A DNA stretch of 32,000 nucleotides from Halobacteriota archaeon (lineage in GTDB: Archaea > Halobacteriota > Syntropharchaeia > Alkanophagales > Methanospirareceae): contig JBAQFZ010000081.1 of the NCBI GenBank assembly GCA_049287525.1, positions 1 through 32,000 of the forward strand. The letters are read 5' to 3'. The notes beneath the pieces are model-generated. The model was not told where the DNA came from and did not search any database. It saw only the letters and a list, made by a program, of their open reading frames with translations. A program made the position numbers and the translations under genes. Positions 26,706 through 32,000 of the stretch are shown here, piece after piece (the first letter of the stretch is position 1; each line of letters starts with the position of its first letter).

Positions 26706-27019
26706 GTGCGGGCACGCTCTCGTTCGACACCTTCGCTGCCAGTCAGACCCTCAAAGTCTTCCTCCACATCGCTACCCTATGAGCGCCAACCGTCCACGGT
26801 AAGTCTGCTCCCTTCCGGGCCTAAACCGGTACCCTTGGTAAAGCCAGGGCAACAAACCCTCCGGCTTGCCACCCTGGCACCGTCAACCCCACAGGACGAC
26901 ATTTCTTCGTAGGACCTCGAGCTGAACTAACGGCTACGATGCCTTACTCAAGCTTCGCCTCTCGCATAGCGACGATTTCGAGTGGCAAAGGACGCCGAAC
27001 CCTCCAGGCTAGCCCGCAC
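26706..27019 (-). ncRNA. Signal recognition particle RNA (archaeal 7S type, ~314 nt)
   Basis: The minus-strand RNA starts GUGCGGGCUAGCCUGGAGGGUUCGGCGUCC and ends GCCCGCAC, giving an 8-bp terminal helix. It contains the helix-8 signature AGGCCCGGAAGGGAGCA and the downstream GGCGCUCA. The overlapping 68-aa plus-strand ORF is spurious. Confidence 0.9.
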
Positions 27020-27039
27020 AATTCTACTTAGACTTAGAA

Positions 27040-27049
27040 TTAAATAAAA
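27040..27049 (-). promoter_or_regulatory. TATA-box candidate for the SRP RNA gene
   Basis: Minus-strand TTTTATTTAA is centred about 26 nt upstream of the predicted RNA 5' end at 27019, which matches archaeal promoter geometry. Confidence 0.55.
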
Positions 27050-27060
27050 CCTTTGCATTT

Positions 27061-27975
27061 TCAAAAGGAGTCCAGCACAAAAACTTCACCCTTATCATGA
27101 CGGGGATATGCGGGAACGACATCCACTTTTATGTCTAACCGCTTTTCCAGGTCCTTATACCGGTTCCTGATAGTAATCTCAGTGGTGCCCATAATCTTGG
27201 CTATCTCCCTCTCCGTCCGGTACTCGCCCCCTACAATTGCCGCGATGTATATAGCCGCAGCCGCGGTCCCTATTGGACCCCAGCCTCGTGTTGCTTCTAT
27301 CCCTTTATCATCCTTCAGCATCTCGATTGCCCTCTCCCGTATCGTGGGACTCAATCCGAGTTCGGAACAGAACCGCGGTATGAACAGAGAAGGGTCAGCG
27401 GGCGCGAGTTTTATTCCTAATTTCCGTAGTAGGAATATATACGCTCTCCGGATCTTCTTTAACGGACTCTTTGAGACCTTTGCAATCTCCTTCAGCGTTC
27501 TTGGAACCCCATACTGCCTACACACAATGTATAGCATCGCCGAGACTAATTCTTCTATACTCCGACCTTTAATCAGTTTCTCCTTCGATGCCCGCCGGTA
27601 TAGCACAGAAGTCGCCTCCCGTATATTACCCGGCAGTTTTAGTGCACAAGCCATCCGGTCTATCTCAACGAGTGCGAATGCCAGGATCTTCTCATTACTG
27701 TCCATGTTTACCCACCGCACTCGCTTTATCCCCGGTGGCAATGCGGGGGTAGGCGTGCTCAAACCTTTGTCGTGTATCCGATAGCTCATACCCGGACCCG
27801 TTCTTACCCTCTTAGAAGCTTGTTCCGCATCAAAAGCACGCCATTCGGGCCCCATATCCACTATATTCTCGTCTATTACCACGCCACAATCGGCACAGTA
27901 AAGTTCCGCGTGCCTGGTGTCGGATACTACCTTCTTCGACCCACATTCGGGACAACTTCTTATTCTTGGTGTCAT
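27061..27975 (-). CDS. tfb: Transcription initiation factor IIB (TFB)
   Basis: 304-aa ORF with an N-terminal Zn-ribbon (CPECGSKKVV...YCADCGVV), followed by two cyclin-like repeats and a C-terminal HTH (EIAKIMGTTEITIRNRYKDL). Confidence 0.95.
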   Translation of the reverse strand: MTPRIRSCPECGSKKVVSDTRHAELYCADCGVVIDENIVDMGPEWRAFDAEQASKRVRTGPGMSYRIHDKGLSTPTPALPPGIKRVRWVNMDSNEKILAFALVEIDRMACALKLPGNIREATSVLYRRASKEKLIKGRSIEELVSAMLYIVCRQYGVPRTLKEIAKVSKSPLKKIRRAYIFLLRKLGIKLAPADPSLFIPRFCSELGLSPTIRERAIEMLKDDKGIEATRGWGPIGTAAAAIYIAAIVGGEYRTEREIAKIMGTTEITIRNRYKDLEKRLDIKVDVVPAYPRHDKGEVFVLDSF

Positions 27976-28142
27976 GATTATTTATCTTCCGCCCCCAAAA
28001 AGTACTCATCCCTTCATCGCAAAGCCAGACAGAGGGGGGATAACAATTTGAGCGGTAGCTTAGCTACATGCGTAAACGTTTAGCCACTCGCAATTGTAGC
28101 CCCCTCTTCCCTTCCCCCTATCAGCGATATTACTGGGATATC

Positions 28143-28160
28143 CATCATCATCATCATCAT
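28143..28160. repeat. (CAT)6 trinucleotide microsatellite in the tfb / ADP-ribosylglycohydrolase divergent intergenic region
   Basis: catcatcatcatcatcat at 28143-28160. Confidence 0.95.
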
Positions 28161-28300
28161 CTGCAAGAACACCTTATATCTTATCTACTATATATAAATG
28201 TCGGTACTTTACACGTGTATGCTGGAATTCTTCCGCGATTGGTATAACAGAGTTCAAGCAAGCAGTTAGGGAAGCGATCTTTTTAAAATAGGCTGACAAT

Positions 28301-29215
28301 ATGGGTACAGATTTGGAATCTAAATTTACGGGTGCGTTGATAGGTAGCGCAGTGGGGGACGCCTTAGGAGCGCCCGTGGAGGGATATAGCAGTGAGAGGG
28401 TGAGTTCGATGTATGAAGGTGAATGGGAACTGAAGTCAGGTCGCTACACGGACGATACGGAGATGATGATCGGAGTAGCCGAATCGTTGATAGAGAACAG
28501 GGGCTTCAATGGTATGGATATGGCACTGAAGTTCATCACGAATTACGATATGAGAAGAGGGTATGGCCCGGGGTCTAAGGAGGTTTTGCGAAGGATAAGT
28601 GCGGGCGAGAGCTGGACAGAGGCATCGAAGAAGCTATTTGGGGGTGCAGGTTCGTATGGCAATGGTGCCGCGATGCGAATTGCCCCTGTGGGTTTATTCT
28701 ATCATGATAACGCAGCTGTGTTGAGGGAGATTGCATATAAATCAAGTCAAATCACGCATTCGCATCTGCTTGGTAAAGAAGGAGCAGCTATACAAGCTTA
28801 TTCCGTCGCTCTTGCGGTGCAAGGCGTTAAAGAAGGTATGCTGTCACGTCTGAAGGAGTTTGTTAGTGTGGCGGCATATAAAGGGAAGCTATTAAAACTG
28901 GAGCAGCTTCTGGATATGGACCCGACTAAAGAGGCAATAATCAGAGAATTGGGGCACGATGTGACGGCATTTAACTCGGTGTTTAGTGCTATTTACTCGT
29001 TTTCACGATTCGATAATTTCAAAGATGCTGTTATCTACGCGGTTAGTTTAGGTGGCGATACGGATACCATAGGCGCGATGACGGGTGCGATATGCGGAGC
29101 CTTTTATGGGGAAGGCGGAATACCCAGCGCGTGGGTCGAGAAGCTGGAAGAGGGGGAAAAGGGCAGGAGTTATATAAAGAACCTGGGTAAGATGTTGTAC
29201 CGGCTCAAATATTAA
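28301..29215 (+). CDS. ADP-ribosylglycohydrolase family protein
   Basis: 304-aa ORF with GALIGSAVGDALGAPVEG, YTDDTEMM, GNGAAMRIAPVG and GGDTDTIGAMTGAICGAFYG, the family motifs. Confidence 0.9.
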   Translation: MGTDLESKFTGALIGSAVGDALGAPVEGYSSERVSSMYEGEWELKSGRYTDDTEMMIGVAESLIENRGFNGMDMALKFITNYDMRRGYGPGSKEVLRRISAGESWTEASKKLFGGAGSYGNGAAMRIAPVGLFYHDNAAVLREIAYKSSQITHSHLLGKEGAAIQAYSVALAVQGVKEGMLSRLKEFVSVAAYKGKLLKLEQLLDMDPTKEAIIRELGHDVTAFNSVFSAIYSFSRFDNFKDAVIYAVSLGGDTDTIGAMTGAICGAFYGEGGIPSAWVEKLEEGEKGRSYIKNLGKMLYRLKY

Positions 29216-29269
29216 ATATCAAATATTAAATAACAGATGCAAGCAACCTGAATAGGTAATAATGATGGA

Positions 29270-29284
29270 GTGGTAATGCGGTAA
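29270..29284 (+). promoter_or_regulatory. 15-nt leader element GTGGTAATGCGGTAA, 5 nt upstream of the HTH-regulator ATG
   Basis: Exact copy of 12609-12623. A third GGTAA lies at 29255-29259, and GGAG sits 5 nt before the internal ATG-CGG-TAA mini-ORF. Confidence 0.4.
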
Positions 29285-29289
29285 TTGAG

Positions 29290-29817
29290 ATGGAAGAGAG
29301 TATATTCAAGGCATTAGGGAGTAAGACGCGGGTGGCAATGATAAAGCTTTTGATGCTGCGAGAGTATCATGTATCAGGTCTGGCAAAAGAATTGGATATT
29401 TCGGTTCCTGTCGCGGCAAAGCACGTAAAGATATTAGAGGAGGTAGGTGTGGTGGAGAGCGAAGTATTTGGGAAGACGCACGTACTGAAGGTGAATAGAG
29501 ATAGGCTGTATGAAACAATGGAGGTGTTTAGCGAGGAATATGAGATAGAGGTAGAGCAGGGAGCAAGCTTGCTGAGCGCATTGAAGGAGGTTGCCGGCGT
29601 GGGGTTAAAGCGAATAGCGGACCGGGAGTATATCGTGTCCATGGACAACGAGGAGGGCTTTTTTGTGTACGAAGTGAATGGTAAGCTGCCAAATGCGCCG
29701 ATTAACGAATATAAACTGGATAAAGCAGAAGAAATAGAAATAAAGCGGTTGGTTCCGGTACTTAAGAAAAAGGTGAAGGTGAAGATGAAGATGAAGGGTA
29801 GTGGAAGTGCTAAATAA
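29290..29817 (+). CDS. ArsR-type winged-helix regulator fused to a C-terminal small ligand-binding-like module (DUF4430/transcobalamin-like beta-grasp suspected) with a (V/M)K-repeat tail
   Basis: 175-aa ORF. The HTH region is ALGSKTRVAMIKLLMLREYHVSGLAKELDISVPVAAKHVKILEEVGVV. The C-terminal part is YEIEVEQGASLLSALKEV...FFVYEVNGKLPNAPINEYKLDKAEEIEIK, and the tail is KKKVKVKMKMKG. Confidence 0.7.
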   Translation: MEESIFKALGSKTRVAMIKLLMLREYHVSGLAKELDISVPVAAKHVKILEEVGVVESEVFGKTHVLKVNRDRLYETMEVFSEEYEIEVEQGASLLSALKEVAGVGLKRIADREYIVSMDNEEGFFVYEVNGKLPNAPINEYKLDKAEEIEIKRLVPVLKKKVKVKMKMKGSGSAK

Positions 29818-29844
29818 ATCGAAAGTACTTGTATAGCTGTTGTG

Positions 29845-29944
29845 AAGATGCAAGATACAAGATGCAAGTGGGAGCACGAAAGCAGAGTTCTGTTTTCTAT
29901 TCTCTGTTTTCTTCTCCTCACCTCAAACCTGTATCCTGCATCTT
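29845..29944 (-). other. 17-bp inverted repeat with a 66-nt loop between convergent genes (terminator or structured 3' RNA candidate)
   Basis: AAGATGCAAGATACAAG (29845-29861) pairs with CCTGTATCCTGCATCTT (29928-29944), giving 15 Watson-Crick pairs. The two mismatches are A-C on the plus strand but G-U wobbles on the minus-strand transcript. Confidence 0.35.
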
Positions 29945-29996
29945 GAATCCTGGCAGCTAAACAAATACAAGTTTCTTAGTGGTGATATATTCCAAC

Positions 29997-30419
29997 CTAC
30001 TCTCTTACCTCCAATCTACCTCTTCCTCTCAGATACACTATGGGTATTCCTGCGTGTGTCAACTCACGCTTCAAATCTTCATCCATTGTGAATACCGCCG
30101 TATTACGCTTCGTTGCCAGCTCTGCAATTAGCTCGTCAGCCGCCACGTTCTCTCCTTCTCCTTGCTCTTCTATCGTCACCTTGCATCGTCCTCCACCTGA
30201 AGCATACTTGAGCACTAATGAATAACCAACCTTCGCCGCTACCTTATCTCTGCCTTTCAAATCATGTCGTTGCCTGAGCACTTCTAATTCGGTTAATACC
30301 GCCTTCGGCACGATTATATGCGAATAGCCCAGCCGTTCAAGCTCCTGAAATATATCAACGCCATATTTATGTGGTATGAGCAGCGCATTTGTATCCACTA
30401 TCACTCGCTTCCCGAACAC
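29997..30419 (-). CDS. PIN-domain protein (archaeal Fcf1/Utp24-like, COG1412-type)
   Basis: 140-aa ORF with VIVDTNALL, VPKAVLTELE, a central D/E and TMDEDLKREL...IPIVYLR, i.e. the PIN acidic residues in the usual order. Confidence 0.75.
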   Translation of the reverse strand: MFGKRVIVDTNALLIPHKYGVDIFQELERLGYSHIIVPKAVLTELEVLRQRHDLKGRDKVAAKVGYSLVLKYASGGGRCKVTIEEQGEGENVAADELIAELATKRNTAVFTMDEDLKRELTHAGIPIVYLRGRGRLEVRE

Positions 30420-30426
30420 CGTCTCG

Positions 30427-31212
30427 TCACATGCCCCTGTATTTTGCCTTTCGCTTCTCTCTGAACGCTATGAGCCCTTCTCGACCATCTTCCGTGGCAA
30501 GTGTGGACCCGAAACATTCCGCTTCGTAATACAATGCCTGCTCCAGGCTCATCTCCAATCCTTTGTTCACCGCGAGTTTCAGTATCCCAAGCGTGACGGC
30601 ACTTTTTGTAACCAACGCCTCGATGTAGCTATCAACGGCTGTGTCAAGCTTATCCTCCGGTACTACTTCATTCACGAGTTTTAACTGTAACGCTTCTAAC
30701 GCTTCTATCTGTGCACCCGTCATGAGCAGTTCAAGCGCCTTTGTCTTTCCTATCAACCTCGTCAGACGTTGCGTGCCTCCGCCACCGGGAATAATTGCCA
30801 GATTTATCTCCGGCAGTCCAAAGATAGACTTCTCGGTCGCAATCCTGAAATCACATCCCATTGCAAGTTCCAGACCGCCGCCCAGACAGAACCCGTTTAT
30901 CTTTGCTAATATCGGCTTCCTCAACCGTTCCATGTAGTTCATTATCTCCTGAACCCAAAGCGACCAATCTCTTGCTTCTATGGCGCTTTTCTCCTGCAAT
31001 TCGGTGATGTCCGCACCCGCACAGAACGCACGGTTGCCCGCTCCGGTTAATACAATTACACGAATGCCCGCATCTGCTTCCGCATCCTCCAGCGCAGCTC
31101 GCAACGCCGTTAATAATACCGTATTCAGTGCATTCAACGCTTTATCCCTGTTTAGTACGATGGTTGCTACTTCTCCTCGCTTCTCATATACTACTTCACT
31201 CATTTTCATCAT
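30427..31212 (-). CDS. Enoyl-CoA hydratase/isomerase (crotonase) family protein
   Basis: 261-aa ORF with VLTGAGNRAFCAGADI and GFCLGGGLELAMGCDFRIA...FGLPEINLAIIPGGGGTQRL. Confidence 0.9.
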   Translation of the reverse strand: MMKMSEVVYEKRGEVATIVLNRDKALNALNTVLLTALRAALEDAEADAGIRVIVLTGAGNRAFCAGADITELQEKSAIEARDWSLWVQEIMNYMERLRKPILAKINGFCLGGGLELAMGCDFRIATEKSIFGLPEINLAIIPGGGGTQRLTRLIGKTKALELLMTGAQIEALEALQLKLVNEVVPEDKLDTAVDSYIEALVTKSAVTLGILKLAVNKGLEMSLEQALYYEAECFGSTLATEDGREGLIAFREKRKAKYRGM

Positions 31213-31286
31213 ACCCCTTACTTTACTAACCTAAGGGCTGCCGTTGATCACTAACAATAACAAGAACAAACAAATCGCTCATTAAA

Positions 31287-31961
31287 TTACATTGCGCTCT
31301 TTATGCCCAGCGCTTTCCTTACCACCTGCGTTATTAAAATCGAGCATACCATATACCAGAGCACCCAGTAAGGCATTCCGAACTTAAAGATAGCAGAAAG
31401 TTCCGTCGGTCCGATTAGCGGGAAAATCGCTGTGCCGCTTACATATTGCCATATCCACATGAAGATGGGAATAGTAATGATAACGATAAAGGACATGGGC
31501 TTCATCTGCTGTCGGAACATCTCACCGGATAATTCCGTTTGTTTTTTCATCACTTCTCCCCGCCTCTTCTCCAATCTCTTTAACTTATGCTGGTTCTCCT
31601 CCCTCTTCGCCTCTATGTACTCTTTTTGAATCTCCCGCAGCTGCATTTGCAGCTCTTTCGATTTCCCCATCACTTCCCAGTTCATTGTGTATTTCTGGAC
31701 GATTGAAGTATAGATGCCCGTAATAATCGCTAAGATGATAATCACGATTAAACCATTACCAACAACCGTAGTTAGCGGTCCAAGAACGACATTCAGAGCT
31801 GCCGCCATCTGTCCTCGAAGTCCCGGGAATATCACAATGCCAAACATCACGAAGAACCCTAAGCCCATAACTACTCCCTCTACCAGTTTCTTCATATACT
31901 CCTTTTTCCGCGGCACCTCTTTCTTTACCATCTTGCCTTCATCACTAAAATTAAAGTGCAT
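31287..31961 (-). CDS. DUF106 family membrane protein (archaeal YidC/Oxa1/EMC3-like insertase)
   Basis: 224-aa ORF with three TM segments. A long basic coiled-coil loop (KELQMQLREIQKEYIEAKREENQHKLKRLEKRRGEVMKKQ) lies between TM1 and TM2. The true start may be an internal Met. Confidence 0.7.
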   Translation of the reverse strand: MHFNFSDEGKMVKKEVPRKKEYMKKLVEGVVMGLGFFVMFGIVIFPGLRGQMAAALNVVLGPLTTVVGNGLIVIIILAIITGIYTSIVQKYTMNWEVMGKSKELQMQLREIQKEYIEAKREENQHKLKRLEKRRGEVMKKQTELSGEMFRQQMKPMSFIVIITIPIFMWIWQYVSGTAIFPLIGPTELSAIFKFGMPYWVLWYMVCSILITQVVRKALGIKSAM

Positions 31962-32000
31962 ATATTTATTTAAACCCGTATTGTCGGTTCAAATACTCAG

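Noticed and set aside
26706-26912. 68-aa plus-strand ORF (GTG start)
   Set aside because: It lies entirely inside, and antisense to, the SRP RNA gene. Its Pro/Ser-rich product is low complexity and it has no ribosome-binding site. The RNA gene explains the region.
27131-27784. 217-aa plus-strand ORF
   Set aside because: It is fully antisense to tfb, which is unambiguous (Zn ribbon, cyclin repeats). The same reasoning applies to other long antisense ORFs at 16826-17461, 12447-12971, 29367-29921, 22395-22862 and 18688-19635.
28143-28160. Minus-strand reading of the microsatellite as (ATG)6, giving a Met6-initiated 26-aa ORF
   Set aside because: The ORF is very short and has no ribosome-binding site. 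The plus-strand 59-aa frame is the only reading long enough to be worth testing.
1-32000. CRISPR arrays, IS elements, integrases or prophage genes (including next to tRNA-Glu at 13370-13443)
   Set aside because: No regularly spaced direct repeats were seen. No ORF has transposase, integrase or Cas hallmarks, and the tRNA flanks are cobA and rpl12.

Overview
The window is a densely coding archaeal chromosomal segment, most likely from a methanogen- or ANME-like euryarchaeon. That assignment rests on TFB, Pth2, ribosomal stalk protein P1, an archaeal-type SRP RNA, an F420-enzyme beta-subunit homologue and FlaI/FlaJ-type pilus genes. Most genes are housekeeping: udg, gatC, pth2, cobA, tRNA-Glu, rpl12/P1, pyrG, nnr, trkH, SRP RNA, tfb and a DUF106 insertase. 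I saw no CRISPR array, transposase, integrase or rRNA.

Observations worth a second look:
1. An identical 15-nt element (GTGGTAATGCGGTAA) sits 4-5 nt upstream of the start codons of cobA and of an HTH regulator gene 17 kb away. It contains a GGTAA-N3-GGTAA direct repeat and a two-codon uORF, ATG-CGG-TAA. A sequence module is also shared between that regulator's C-terminus and the small protein encoded just upstream of cobA. Together these suggest a small tetrapyrrole/corrinoid-linked regulon.
2. A type IV pilus-like core operon encodes a FlaI/PilB-type ATPase and a platform protein split into two TadB/TadC-like genes. It is headed by a surface-tethered tandem OB-fold-like protein and faces a 797-aa multi-Ig-like surface protein. 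No pilin or prepilin peptidase is visible.
3. Three decayed genes lie within 7 kb: a STAND-like NTPase-TPR gene with one frameshift and a lysine-less P-loop, an AEC transporter remnant spread over three frames, and a frameshifted, internally shortened DUF255 gene.
4. Several simple-sequence tracts occur in unusual places: (CT)7 inside the pilus ATPase gene, and (CAT)6 that encodes His6 in a 59-aa ORF missing from the ORF track.

All family assignments come from motif recognition by eye. No database search or computation was run.
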